From assembly GCA_963798085.1 (NCBI GenBank), contig CAWCRS010000008.1:384001-448000 (forward strand): DNA of 64,000 nt, read 5' to 3'. Shown in pieces: positions 19,069 through 28,837 of the stretch. The translations under genes and the position numbers were made by a program. The notes beneath the pieces are model-generated. The model searched no databases. It saw nothing but the letters and a program-made list of their open reading frames with translations, and was not told the origin of the DNA. Numbering within the stretch: position 1 is the first letter of the stretch; every line of letters starts with the position of its first letter. Source of the DNA: an uncultured Gemmatimonadales bacterium. Its GTDB lineage: Bacteria; Gemmatimonadota; Gemmatimonadetes; Longimicrobiales; RSA9.

Positions 19069-19454
19069 GCGTGCCGGATCCTCGCTTCCGCTTCGTGACG
19101 CGTGCGTATCGCCTGCTGCTGCGCGCCTTTCCGCGGGCGTACGCGAGGCGCACGCGCCCGAGCTGGTCGAGTTCTTCCTCGAGCGCCACGCCGCGGAGCG
19201 CGCGCGTGGTCGTGCCGCGGGTTTGCGCTGCGCCCCACGTCGCCGTGGCGGTGGGCATGGGCCTGGCGGCAGGCCTCGCCGCGGCGATTGCGGGTGGCCG
19301 CCTGATCCGGAGGCTGCTGTTCGGCGAACGGGCCCGCGATCCCCTGACACTCGTCGCCGTGACGCTGGTCCTGGCACTGGTGGCCGCCCTCGCCTGCGTC
19401 GCCCCCGCCCCCCGCGCCGCCACCGTCCACCCTGCCGACGCCATCCGGACCTGA
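19065..19454 (+). pseudogene. Internally deleted ADOP permease remnant (N-terminus joined to C-terminus)
   Basis: YRLLLRAFPRAY (ADOP prefix) followed by RLLFGERARDPLTL...ACVAPAPRAATVHP (ADOP C-terminus) within 129 codons. Confidence 0.72.
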
Positions 19455-19477
19455 CTCTCTCCACCGGCCTCACTCTG

Positions 19478-19711
19478 CACCGCAGCGAATGCGGAGAGCG
19501 CGGAGGAACGGCGTCAGAGGTTAACAGATTGTTATCCTTTACGGATAGGGATGTGGCTTTCGCTCAGCACGACGATCGCCGCCAATGGAATCCCGGATCG
19601 AGCAGCCGCAGCCACTATCCTCGAGCAGGAAGCTCCTGCAGGCAACGAAGCATGCTTCACCGCGGATAAGCACGCAGCGCCTCCCCCGCGTCCTCCGCGC
19701 TCTCTGCGGTG
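19478..19711. repeat. REP-like inverted repeat pair
   Basis: GCGGAGAGCGCGGAGGA (19491-19507) vs TCCTCCGCGCTCTCTGCGGTG (19691-19711); CACCGC arms at 19478 and 19658. Confidence 0.5.
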
Positions 19712-20235
19712 AGAGGAAGAGGCCGGCCGCTGAGGAGTAACCAGGCGTGGCGGGCCTCGGCGGCCACGCGCTGATTGGCGCGGCCGGCGGCGTCGCGGAA
19801 CCAGCGGCCCAGGCCGGTGGGCGGCACCACACCCATGCCGACTTCGTTGGTGACGACAATGAGCGTGCCGGCGCGCGCGGCGGCGGACCGGAGCAGCGCG
19901 CTGATTTCGCGGTCGACGGCGGCGTGCACGGCCTCTTCGCCTTCCGGTTCCAGCCGTAACACGGTGTTGGAGACGAGGAGTGTCAGGCAGTCGAGCAGCA
20001 GGACGGGCGTCGTCGCCTGCTCGATACACTGGCCGGCACCGGCGGTCAGCTCAATGGTGTGCCAGGCGGCGGGGCGGCTGGCGCGGTGGCGGGCAATACG
20101 TGCCTGCATCTCGGGATCGCTGGCCCGGGCCGTGGCGAGAAAGGTCACAGCGTCGCCGCCCATGCGCACGGCCAGCCGCTGCGCAAAGTCGCTCTTGCCG
20201 CTGCGTGCGCCGCCGGTCACGAACAGGATGTCCAT
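19657..20235 (-). CDS. cobU: Adenosylcobinamide kinase / adenosylcobinamide-phosphate guanylyltransferase
   Basis: GGARSGKS P-loop, EMQARIARH, LLDCLTL, VTNEVGMGVVP, FRDAAGRANQ. Confidence 0.95.
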   Translation of the reverse strand: MDILFVTGGARSGKSDFAQRLAVRMGGDAVTFLATARASDPEMQARIARHRASRPAAWHTIELTAGAGQCIEQATTPVLLLDCLTLLVSNTVLRLEPEGEEAVHAAVDREISALLRSAAARAGTLIVVTNEVGMGVVPPTGLGRWFRDAAGRANQRVAAEARHAWLLLSGRPLPLTAESAEDAGEALRAYPR

Positions 20236-20243
20236 GATGATTC

Positions 20244-21332
20244 TCAGGCGTCGTCGGATCTGGCCGAGACGCCCGCCGACGCGAATGTGGCCATCTCGCG
20301 CAGAATCGCGGCGGCCGCTTCCAGCAACGGCAGCGCCAGCAGTGCGCCGGTGCCTTCACCCAGGCGGAGACGCAGGTCGAGCAGCGGCTCGAGGCCGAGC
20401 GCGTGCAGCTGCACGGTGTGGCCCGGCTCGACCGAGCGGTGGGCCGCGAACAGCCACTCGCGGGCAGCGGGCTGCATGCGTACGGCGGCGAGCGCGGCAG
20501 CCGTGGCGATGAAGCCATCGGTCACGACGACTCGCTTCCGCGCCGCGGCCGCCAGCGTGGCGCCCGCGAGCGCCGCGATCTCGAGGCCGCCCACCTCACA
20601 GAGCGCCTGCAGCGCACTCGGCGCACGCCCGCCATGTGCGCGCTCCACCCGCGCCAGCGCGGCCTCCACCGCGACGCGCTTGCGACAGAGGCCGGCATCG
20701 TCGAGGCCGGTGCCACGGCCCAGCACGGCCGCGACCGGTGCGCCGGTGAGCAGCACGGTAAGAGCCGCAGCCGAGGTGGTGTTGCCAATGCCCATCTCGC
20801 CCAGCGCGAAAATGTCCGTGCGTCGCGCCAGCTGGTCGACGATCGCGGCGCCCGCAGCCATGGCCGCGGCGACCTCGGCAGGCGTCAGTGCGGGCTGTTC
20901 CACGAAATCGCGCGAACCGGGACGCACCTTGCAGTGCAACACGCCGGTAGTGCCGGCCAGATCCGCGGCCACACCCACGTCGGCCAGCACCACATCGGCG
21001 CCCACGGCGCGCGCGATGGCACACACGGCGGCGCCGCCCGCGGCGATATTGCGCACCATCTGCGCGGTGACTGCGGGCGGATAGGCGGAAACCCCGTTTC
21101 GGGCGACGCCGTGATCGGCCGCGAACACCAGCACGGCACGCCGGCGCAGCGGCGGCGGCGGGTCACCCAGCAGCAGGGCCAGCCGGTACGCCAGATCCTC
21201 GAGCACCCCGAGACTGCCGGGCGGCTTGGTCAGGGCATCGAGGTGCGCGCGCACGGCAGCGTCGCTGGCGGCGGACGCGGGGACGACACTGTCGAGAGGA
21301 AGCGCCGGTGCAGCAGCGCCAGTCGCGTTCAC
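20244..21332 (-). CDS. cobT: Nicotinate-nucleotide--dimethylbenzimidazole phosphoribosyltransferase
   Basis: LTKPPGSLG, FAADHGV, GEMGIGNTT, GGLEIAA, LRLGEGTGA. Confidence 0.96.
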   Translation of the reverse strand: MNATGAAAPALPLDSVVPASAASDAAVRAHLDALTKPPGSLGVLEDLAYRLALLLGDPPPPLRRRAVLVFAADHGVARNGVSAYPPAVTAQMVRNIAAGGAAVCAIARAVGADVVLADVGVAADLAGTTGVLHCKVRPGSRDFVEQPALTPAEVAAAMAAGAAIVDQLARRTDIFALGEMGIGNTTSAAALTVLLTGAPVAAVLGRGTGLDDAGLCRKRVAVEAALARVERAHGGRAPSALQALCEVGGLEIAALAGATLAAAARKRVVVTDGFIATAAALAAVRMQPAAREWLFAAHRSVEPGHTVQLHALGLEPLLDLRLRLGEGTGALLALPLLEAAAAILREMATFASAGVSARSDDA

Positions 21333-22006
21333 GTGGCGGGCTCCTGGTCAGTTCGTTCACGGAACCGCAGCACTGCGGCAGGTGGGATTTCCATCAGCCG
21401 CGCCTGCCGGAATAACACGCCTGTCAGCAGACCGAGCAGCACACGCATCGGTCCGCCGTGCGTGAAGGCAATGACGGACCGGGCGGTTGCAATGTCGTGC
21501 AGCCAGTCCGCGCAGCGCCCGGTCAGCCGGCTCAGCGACTCGCCTTCCGGCGGCGATACCGCTTCCGGCTGACTCAGCCATGCGCCGTAGCAGTCAGCGA
21601 ATCGTTCCGCGCATTGCGCGTGCGTGAGGCCTTCGAAGCGGCCGAAATCCAGTTCACGCAGGCGAGAATCGGGCAAGCTGACGCAATCCGGCAGCGCCAG
21701 CGCCGCCGTCTGCCGCGTTCTCGCCATATCGCTCGTGAAGACAAGAGCGCCGGCAGCGGCCAGCGGTTCCAGCACGCCTTGCAGCGCCGCCGCCTGCGTC
21801 CGGCCTTCCGGGAGCAGCGCACCATCGGTTGCGCCCTGGTAGCGGCGATCGGCGTTGAGCGCGGTGGTGCCGTGGCGCACGAGTACAATGCTGCGCAGCG
21901 TCGGCCTTGCGAACTCCGGTGTCAGCAACCAGCCGCCGCCCGTTGCCGTCGGCGCCAGGCTGCCCGCCGCCGGGCGGGGCAGGGATCGCGTTCCGCGCGG
22001 CGTCAT
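21329..22006 (-). CDS. cobC: Histidine phosphatase, probable alpha-ribazole phosphatase
   Basis: LVRHGTT, LRELDFGRFEG, PPEGES, THGG; lies between cobS and cobT with overlapping start/stop codons. Confidence 0.82.
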   Translation of the reverse strand: MTPRGTRSLPRPAAGSLAPTATGGGWLLTPEFARPTLRSIVLVRHGTTALNADRRYQGATDGALLPEGRTQAAALQGVLEPLAAAGALVFTSDMARTRQTAALALPDCVSLPDSRLRELDFGRFEGLTHAQCAERFADCYGAWLSQPEAVSPPEGESLSRLTGRCADWLHDIATARSVIAFTHGGPMRVLLGLLTGVLFRQARLMEIPPAAVLRFRERTDQEPAT

Positions 22007-22716
22007 TGGAGGCACGCGAAGACCAGGAGTACGGTGCTTTCCGCGGCCAGTCCTGCGGCGCCGTGCACATCGCCGGTGACGCCGCCGAAGCGACGCGAAA
22101 GCCACCCGGCGAGCAGCACGCCTGCCGCGCTGCCGATGGGCGCCGCAACCAGCTCGCGCGGACCGGCCAGCGGCAGCAGTCCGCCGAGGCACACGAGAGC
22201 CACGACGGTTGCGGGCAGGAGGCGCGCATCACGGGCAAAGGCCGCACCCAGTCCATCCCTGCGCGCGGGTCGCAGGCGGGCGACCGTGAGGGTCATGGTC
22301 CAGCGCCCGGCGATGGCGGCGATGGGCGCCGCGACTGGCGGCACCTGTGCGAGTGCAGAGAAGCGCACCAGCAGCAGCACTAACAGCGCGTTCACAGCGT
22401 GGGCGCCCACGTGCGGATCGCGCAGGATCGCGAGTCGCCGCTCGCGGCCGGCAACGGCGAAGGCCGCATCCGCGCAGTCCATCCAGCCATCCTCGTGCAG
22501 CCCGCCGGCCAGCAATGCCCACACGCCCACGGCCAGCGCCGCGCGTGGCAGCGCGGGAACGGGCAGCAGCAGGACGCCGGCCACGAGGCCGCCAACGCCC
22601 AGGCCCACGAGCGGGAACCACATCAATGCAGCGGCCGGCGCGAGCGCAGCCTCGTGCTCGCTCCACGCCAGGGGCAGCACCGTCAGGTGTCGGATTGCGC
22701 CGCGCAGCGCACTCAC
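22003..22716 (-). CDS. cobS: Adenosylcobinamide-GDP ribazoletransferase (cobalamin synthase)
   Basis: GGLHEDGWMDCAD, ILRDPHVGA, FGGVTGDVHGA. Confidence 0.93.
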   Translation of the reverse strand: MSALRGAIRHLTVLPLAWSEHEAALAPAAALMWFPLVGLGVGGLVAGVLLLPVPALPRAALAVGVWALLAGGLHEDGWMDCADAAFAVAGRERRLAILRDPHVGAHAVNALLVLLLVRFSALAQVPPVAAPIAAIAGRWTMTLTVARLRPARRDGLGAAFARDARLLPATVVALVCLGGLLPLAGPRELVAAPIGSAAGVLLAGWLSRRFGGVTGDVHGAAGLAAESTVLLVFACLQ

Positions 22717-23765
22717 GGCAGGTGTGTGAACGCGATGGCGATAGGACAGATGCCGGTCGTGATCTCCCGATCCACGAGCAGCGCGCTGTTCAGCCGGTAC
22801 ACCGACGCCGGCCCGTGACATTCCGGCAGCGCCGTGTACACGCGGCCCTCGGCGTCGATGGAAACGGCGGAGGACGACGGCACACCGCCGGCCGCCACCG
22901 CATTCGCAGGCGAGCGCACGAAGCTGCCCGTCAGCGCATCCCACACGGCCAGCCCGTAGCTGAACGACGCGCTGTACACGCGTCTGTCATCACCGTATGC
23001 GACGCCGCCGGGAAACTCGCCGAAGCCGGAGACGCGCTGCGTCTCGGCCAGTGTGTGGCGATCGATGATGGACAGTGAGCCATCGCCCGCACCGAAGCTG
23101 CCGGAATCGAGTACGTAGAGGCGGCCGTCGCTGCCCGCCCAGGCCGCGCCGGCATTGTTGCCGGTAAGCGGAATCGTGGCGACGACGTGCGGCGGCGCGC
23201 CGGTGATCACGCTGACCGTGGATGGCCCTGCCGGCGAAAACGTCTGGTCCAGATTCGCGTTCAGCACGAACACCGTGTCATGTGCGGACGCTGCGGCCTG
23301 CGGATACATGCCCACCGCCAGCTCGGCGCCCGCCGTGCCTCGCCGCGCGTTGATGAGGCTCACCGAGTTGCGACCGGGGTTGCCCACCACCGCGATGGAA
23401 TCGTTGAGGAACGCGACTCCCGTGGCGCCCGAGTTCGCGGGCAGCGGAACGGTGAAGAGCAGCGTGCGTTGCGCAAGGTCGACGACGGCGGCGCCGGGCA
23501 CGACGCCGAGAGGCACGACGGCCAGTGTGCCCCGTACGGCGATGCTCACCGGACTGCCATCCGGCCCCAGGCCAATGGTGGCGGCCGGGGCGGCGGCATC
23601 GACATCGAACACAGAGAGCGTGCGGTCCACGCTGTTGACGACGACGCCCACCTCGGTGCCCTGCGGCAGCGTCACCTGCATGCCATCGTCCGTGCAGGCG
23701 GCGGCTGTCAATGCGATTAACAGGCTGTACGCGAACGTGCGTCGGCGGGCATGTAGCGGTCTCAT
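22713..23765 (-). CDS. YncE-like beta-propeller lipoprotein (possible BtuG analogue)
   Basis: LTAAAC lipobox, repeated beta-blade motifs (GMYPQAA, TVSVI, SLSIID); follows the TonB receptor gene. Confidence 0.72.
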   Translation of the reverse strand: MRPLHARRRTFAYSLLIALTAAACTDDGMQVTLPQGTEVGVVVNSVDRTLSVFDVDAAAPAATIGLGPDGSPVSIAVRGTLAVVPLGVVPGAAVVDLAQRTLLFTVPLPANSGATGVAFLNDSIAVVGNPGRNSVSLINARRGTAGAELAVGMYPQAAASAHDTVFVLNANLDQTFSPAGPSTVSVITGAPPHVVATIPLTGNNAGAAWAGSDGRLYVLDSGSFGAGDGSLSIIDRHTLAETQRVSGFGEFPGGVAYGDDRRVYSASFSYGLAVWDALTGSFVRSPANAVAAGGVPSSSAVSIDAEGRVYTALPECHGPASVYRLNSALLVDREITTGICPIAIAFTHLP

Positions 23766-25924
23766 GACTGAAGCACTCCTGCGATGGAAGCGGCTGCGGC
23801 AAAATCCGGGGTCAGGCGTACGCCGAGGCGCAGCACCCGGCCCGGTTCGGGGAATCCGAAGATCAGCGAGGCCTTTTCGTCGAGCAGGCGGTCGACGCGC
23901 AGCTCGAAGCGGGCGCGCCAGGCACCCAGGGGAACCGTGTGGGCGAGCGCGCCGTCCAGCGTAAAGAAGCCGGGCAGCAGGTTCACAGGCGTGGGCGCGG
24001 TCGTACGTTCGCCGGTGTAGCGCAGGTCTGCCTGCAGCTCGCTCGCGGCCGGTCGGAAGGCGAGGCTCAGCGACCCGGTGTGCCGCGGACGGTACGCGAT
24101 CTGCACGCCGTCATCGCCTGCGCCGCGGTCATACGTGGCGCGCGCCAGCGTCCACGCGCCCGTGAAGCGCAGCCTGCGATCGCGCGAGTCCAGTGTGCCA
24201 CCCAGCTCGAGGCCGGCCCGCTTTGCATCGGCGTTGTACGGCCGCCATATGAACCGGTAGTCGGGTGCCCAGAGGATCATGCCGTGCACGTCGCTCCGCC
24301 ACGCGCTGGTACGCAGCGTCAGCAGCCAGCCGCGCGCATTCGCGATGAGCTGCGCGCCGGCCTCCACTTCGCCGGGCACGCGCTCGGCGCGCAGGTCGGG
24401 GTCCGGCTCCACCCCCACCGCATCGCGGAAGAAGCGATCCGCCATGGTGGGTGGCGTGAAGCTGCTGCGCTGCGTCACGTGCAAGGCGAGACCGCCGCGT
24501 GCGAACGCCAGTGTCAGCGCATGGCTGAAGAACCAGGCACCGCCCAGCGCAGCGCGGTCCGTGCGCAGCTGCGCCTCGAGACTGAGCCCACGCACTCCCG
24601 CCAGCGCGCTCGCGCCACGCAGGTAGAAGCCGGCATTGAGCAGGGAAGTGGGCGCGTTCTGCGCGAGTGCTGTGCTGCGCAGCGCCTCATGTCGAAGCTC
24701 GCTGCCCAGTCCCAGAGACCGGCCGTGCGGCCATTGTCGTTCACCCGTGGCACGCACCAGCAGCGCTGTCACACGGGTGGTGTCGTCGTACGGCTGGCCG
24801 AAGGGCGGCTGCGCGTCGTGGTGGCGGATGCGCTCGCGCGCGCCGCTCAGCAGCAGCGACAGGGCGAGGTCGCTGGTGGCGCGCCGCCAGGAGGCGGAGG
24901 CGCGGTCGTCCAGCACATCCTGGCGCGCCGCGGGCGACGTCGCGTAACTGCGGCCGGGCAGGCCTCGCCGCAGCACGTCGTGTCCGCCGCGCACATCCAG
25001 GGCCCCACCAAGCAGGGTGCCACGGACGCCACCGTGCGCCTGGAGTGCGCGAACATCTGCGTTAGCACGCCGGGCGGCGCCGCCGCCGGCTTGCGCCGGC
25101 AGATCGAAATCGAAGGCACCACTCTGCCGCCGCCCACCCGCGCCCAGTGTCCACGACGTGCGCGTGCCGCCGCTCCACGAAAGCGCAGCGTCCGCCGTGC
25201 CCAGTGTGCCGCCGCCCAGGCTCAACTCGCGGTCCATGCCGGCGGCGCCGCGCGATTCGATCAGCACCACGCCTCCGCTGGCGCGGCCGCCCCACGCGGC
25301 GGAGCGCGCGCCGGGCAGCACTGTGATGGAAGCAATGCTGGCGGCACTGACGCGCGTCAGATCGGCCTGGCCGGTCACGGGATCGTTGAGCGGCACGCCG
25401 TCGACGAGCACCAGAACCGAGCTTTCATTGGCGCCGCGGATGGAGAGGTACTGCGGGCCGCCCGGCCCCGTCGTGTGCAGCACCACACCGGGCAGACTCT
25501 TCAGCGCATCGGCCGCCGTGCGCGCTCCCGCCCGCTGCAGGTCGGCGCGCTCCAGTCTGTAACCGTCAGTTAGAGAAGCGGCGGCGCGGGCGACGACGCC
25601 GGGCAGCGTGACCGGCTGCGGATCGAGCCGCACGTCCACGCGGACTTCCTCGCCCGGGCGCACATCCACGCTCACTTCGCGCGCGGCGTAGCCGAAGCCC
25701 TCGACACGCAGTGGGCGCGTGCCCGGGTCCATGGCGGGCAGCCGGAAATGTCCGGCGGCATCCGTGCGCACGCCCGGCTCATCGCCCAGCCGGACACTGG
25801 CGCCGGCGACCGGAAGGTGCGTCGTCGCATCGACGACGGTTCCGGTCACCACGCCCGGCTGCTGCGCGCGCAGCGGTGCGTGCAGCAGCAGAAGCAGCAG
25901 ACCGAGCGTGCGCGCGGGTGTCAT
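23762..25924 (-). CDS. btuB: TonB-dependent cobalamin receptor with N-terminal CarboxypepD_reg-like domain
   Basis: VTGTVVDA, SIRG...VLVLVDGVPLND, GARSAAWGGRASGGVVLI plug; PEPGR near C-terminus; in a B12-riboswitch operon. Confidence 0.82.
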   Translation of the reverse strand: MTPARTLGLLLLLLHAPLRAQQPGVVTGTVVDATTHLPVAGASVRLGDEPGVRTDAAGHFRLPAMDPGTRPLRVEGFGYAAREVSVDVRPGEEVRVDVRLDPQPVTLPGVVARAAASLTDGYRLERADLQRAGARTAADALKSLPGVVLHTTGPGGPQYLSIRGANESSVLVLVDGVPLNDPVTGQADLTRVSAASIASITVLPGARSAAWGGRASGGVVLIESRGAAGMDRELSLGGGTLGTADAALSWSGGTRTSWTLGAGGRRQSGAFDFDLPAQAGGGAARRANADVRALQAHGGVRGTLLGGALDVRGGHDVLRRGLPGRSYATSPAARQDVLDDRASASWRRATSDLALSLLLSGARERIRHHDAQPPFGQPYDDTTRVTALLVRATGERQWPHGRSLGLGSELRHEALRSTALAQNAPTSLLNAGFYLRGASALAGVRGLSLEAQLRTDRAALGGAWFFSHALTLAFARGGLALHVTQRSSFTPPTMADRFFRDAVGVEPDPDLRAERVPGEVEAGAQLIANARGWLLTLRTSAWRSDVHGMILWAPDYRFIWRPYNADAKRAGLELGGTLDSRDRRLRFTGAWTLARATYDRGAGDDGVQIAYRPRHTGSLSLAFRPAASELQADLRYTGERTTAPTPVNLLPGFFTLDGALAHTVPLGAWRARFELRVDRLLDEKASLIFGFPEPGRVLRLGVRLTPDFAAAASIAGVLQS

Positions 25925-26844
25925 CGCGGCGTCCAGCCGGGATGCAGCGCCCCGGCCAGCAGCCGGGCCGCATCGGCCAGGCGTGGGCCGGGGCGGCTGA
26001 ACAGATCGGTGTCGACGATGATGATGCGGCCGCTGCGCAAACCGCGCAGGCCGCGCCAGCCGGGCAGCTGCGCGAGCGCCGCGGGGGAAACGACCGGCGT
26101 GCTTCCGCGGCTCGGGATGACCAGAACATCCGGATCGCGGCGCACGATTTCCTCCATGGAAACTTCCGGCCATGGCGTGTGCGCATTGGCGAACACATTG
26201 CGTCCGCCCGCGATCGTGATCAGCTCATCGACGAAGCTGCCGGCGCCGGCCGTCTGCGCCGGCGAATGCCACAGCAGGAACAGCACGGAGGGACGGGGCC
26301 TGCCGGCCACGCGGGTGCGCACGCTGTCCAGGCTGGCGCGCAGCGCAGCTGCCAGCGAGTCGGCGCGCCGCTCGACACCGAGCAGCACGCCCAGCCGGCG
26401 GACGGTGGTGAAGACATCCTCAATGCATTGCGGATCGCTGATGTACACAGCGGCGCCGCTGGCGTCTAACACGTTTGTTAGGGCAGGGGTGCGCGCTTCC
26501 GGCCCCAGCACCACCAGATCGGGCTGCAGCCGCAGCACCGCCTCGGGTGTGGGTGACAGCGCGCTGCCGAACGATGGCAGAGGGAACAGCGCCGGGTCGG
26601 GATCGAATGCGGTGCGCGCCAGGAGCCGCGAGGACGCGCCCAGGCTTGCGAACAGCTCGGTTACGGATGGCGACAGCGAAACCACGCGTCCTGCCGGCGC
26701 CGCGAGCTGCACTCGCCGCCCCGCATCGTCCGTAACCTGCAGCGGCGGCACGCCGCCGTGGGCCGCGTCCGCACACGAGACTGTCAGCGCCAGCAGCAAC
26801 CACAGCTTCCCGCCCGCAGAGAAACGGAATCCCCGTTCCTCCAC
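25921..26844 (-). CDS. btuF: Cobalamin-binding periplasmic protein (helical backbone); start uncertain
   Basis: VTDDAGR, RVVSLSPSVTELF, EAVLRLQPDLVV, AGGRNVF, RPGPRL. Confidence 0.85.
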   Translation of the reverse strand: MEERGFRFSAGGKLWLLLALTVSCADAAHGGVPPLQVTDDAGRRVQLAAPAGRVVSLSPSVTELFASLGASSRLLARTAFDPDPALFPLPSFGSALSPTPEAVLRLQPDLVVLGPEARTPALTNVLDASGAAVYISDPQCIEDVFTTVRRLGVLLGVERRADSLAAALRASLDSVRTRVAGRPRPSVLFLLWHSPAQTAGAGSFVDELITIAGGRNVFANAHTPWPEVSMEEIVRRDPDVLVIPSRGSTPVVSPAALAQLPGWRGLRGLRSGRIIIVDTDLFSRPGPRLADAARLLAGALHPGWTPR

Positions 26845-26863
26845 GAGGGGAAGAACGGGGATT
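26828..26863 (-). promoter_or_regulatory. Hairpin, probable riboswitch expression platform
   Basis: AATCCCCGTTC / GAACGGGGATT 11-bp stem whose loop holds the candidate GTG start of btuF. Confidence 0.5.
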
Positions 26864-26927
26864 GCGCCGGCATGATTTCGCCGGTAAAGCATCGCCCCCG
26901 GATCCTTCCCTCGAAGGACAGCATCGG

Positions 26928-27097
26928 GAACGAACGGGGCAGGTCTCCTGGCTCGAGGCAGCCGCGCTCACCTTCCCGGAACCGACGTCGTTCCAGTGGT
27001 CAATCGAGCGGGCATCACGCGCGACGAACGTCGCGCGACCTCTCACAGTGGCGGGGCCGCGTCGGCTTCACACCGACTTCCCTCGGCCTCGTTCGTC
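26928..27097 (-). ncRNA. Cobalamin (B12) riboswitch
   Basis: Minus strand: AGGGAAGTCGGTGTGAAGCCGACGCGGCCCCGCCACTGT...CCACTG...GGGAAGG...GAGCCAGGAGACCTGCC (B12 box); upstream of the btu/cob operon. Confidence 0.95.
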
Positions 27098-27151
27098 TAT
27101 GTCCGCGCCGAAGGTAGACGCGTCATCGTCGGCACGCAAGGCCCTGCCTGT

Positions 27152-27523
27152 TCAGGCGCGCTCCAGCAGCTGGCGGGCGCGCGCGTCCGCGACCAGCTCC
27201 TCCAGACGCCTGGCCTCCACCTTCGCCACACGACGACCCAGCGCACTAACACGCACATACAGGCGCCGCCCATCTTCTTCTTCTCCCCGCGGACTCGCGC
27301 TCTCTTCGATCAGTCCCTTCTCCAGCAGATCGCGTATGCGACGGTACAGATTCGCCGGATAAATGGCCGCGCCTCGTTCGCGCGCCTCGATCTGCTTCAC
27401 AATGCGATAGCCGTGGCTGGGCCCATCCAGCAGCACCAGCAGAATGCGGAATTCCAGCGGGTGCAGCGGCAGGAATTCCTCGGGCTGTGGTGTCGCGTCC
27501 GCGCCGACCTTGCGTTCCACCAT
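27152..27523 (-). CDS. PadR-family transcriptional regulator (no adjacent permease)
   Basis: LHPLEFRILLVL, SHGYRI, ANLYRRIRDL, RRLYVRVSALG. Confidence 0.9.
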   Translation of the reverse strand: MVERKVGADATPQPEEFLPLHPLEFRILLVLLDGPSHGYRIVKQIEARERGAAIYPANLYRRIRDLLEKGLIEESASPRGEEEDGRRLYVRVSALGRRVAKVEARRLEELVADARARQLLERA

Positions 27524-27887
27524 GCGCTCTCCTTTGCGGTACGTCTCGATAGTATCAGGTTGACAGTACCGGCCGCAAGACCGGGTTGGCAGGGATGGGC
27601 TGGGGCTCGGGCCGGGGCCGGGAACGACACTGCGCGCAGGGTTCGGCCATTTCGGTGCGGGCCTCTTCGACAACACGGATCGCGCACCGGAGAGCGGACG
27701 TCGCAGGCGTCGTGCAACGGCAAGCCTGTGGCGCGCATCGATTGGCCGGTCGTCGGCGCGGCAAGCCGCCGAACCCAGCCCCAGCCCGAGCCCCAGCCCG
27801 TCGTCAGAAACCCCGTTCGCCGCAACGGTGCGCCCGGCGTATCATTGCGGAGCGGGCGTAGGAGCAACCGGCAAAGCGGAGGGAGAC

Positions 27888-28759
27888 ATGAAGTACGCGT
27901 GGGGCGTGGTGGTGTGCGCGGCAGCGGTGGCAGCGGCGTGTGGCGAGAAGCCGGCGCCGGCAGGGCAGAATGGGGCGGCGCAGGGCGGCGCCATGCAGAT
28001 GGAGCCGCGCATTGCACTGCAGCCGACGGCGGCGGACTCGCTGCCGCCGGCGGTGCTCGGGCTGGCGGCGCCGCCGCAGGGGAAGGCGGTGCACTACTTC
28101 CCGCAGGATTCCCTGACACAGGGTTATCTGGCGCTGCCGGAGGGTGCGGGTCCGTTTCCGGCGGTGATCCTGATTCACGAGTGGAACGGTCTGGTGGATC
28201 GCGTGCGGCAGGTGGCGGATGCGCTGGCAGCGGAAGGCTACGTCGCGCTGGCCGCGGACCTCTACTCGGGGAAGACGGGCGGCAATCCCCAGGAGAATGT
28301 GGCGTTGATGAACGCCGTGTGGGCGGATTCGACGCGCATGATCGAGAATCTGAATGCGGCGGTTCAGTTCCTGCGTGCGCGTTCCGATGTCACGGGCAAG
28401 ATCGGCGCAATGGGCTGGTGCTTCGGTGGCGGCATCGCGCTTTCCTTCGGGCTGGACGGTGTGAACCACGAGGCCACGGCGATGTTCTACGGCCGGCTGG
28501 TGGATGATCCCGCGCGGCTGAAGAGGATCACGCACGAGGTGTACGGCACGTTCGCGGGCAAGGACCAGAGTTTCCGCCTGACAAGGTGCGGCAATTCGTG
28601 GCCGCGCTGCGGGCCGCGGGCATTCCCAACGACGTGCACATCTACGACGACATGCAGCACGGCTTCTGGCTGTGGGTGGACCAGGATTCGACGCGACGCG
28701 CGCCGGCGCTGGACGCGTGGCAGCGGCTCAAGACCTACCTCAAGCGGACGCTCAGTTAG
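27888..28759 (+). CDS. Dienelactone hydrolase-family lipoprotein; frameshift near 28572
   Basis: AAAC lipobox, LIHEWNGL, GWCFGG nucleophile; alternative frame gives PPDKVRQF...HIYDDMQHGF...DAWQRLKTYLKRTLS*. Confidence 0.85.
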
Positions 28760-28837
28760 GCGCGTCTGCGGCCGTTGAGTGGTGGCCCCGGGCGGTCGAT
28801 ACTGTGGACACCCGGGGTACCACCCGACACCGCAGGA

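Noticed and set aside
27530..27880. Gene or ncRNA in the PadR / hydrolase intergenic region
   Set aside because: Only low-complexity GGGCT/AGCCC runs; no recognisable family or credible ORF
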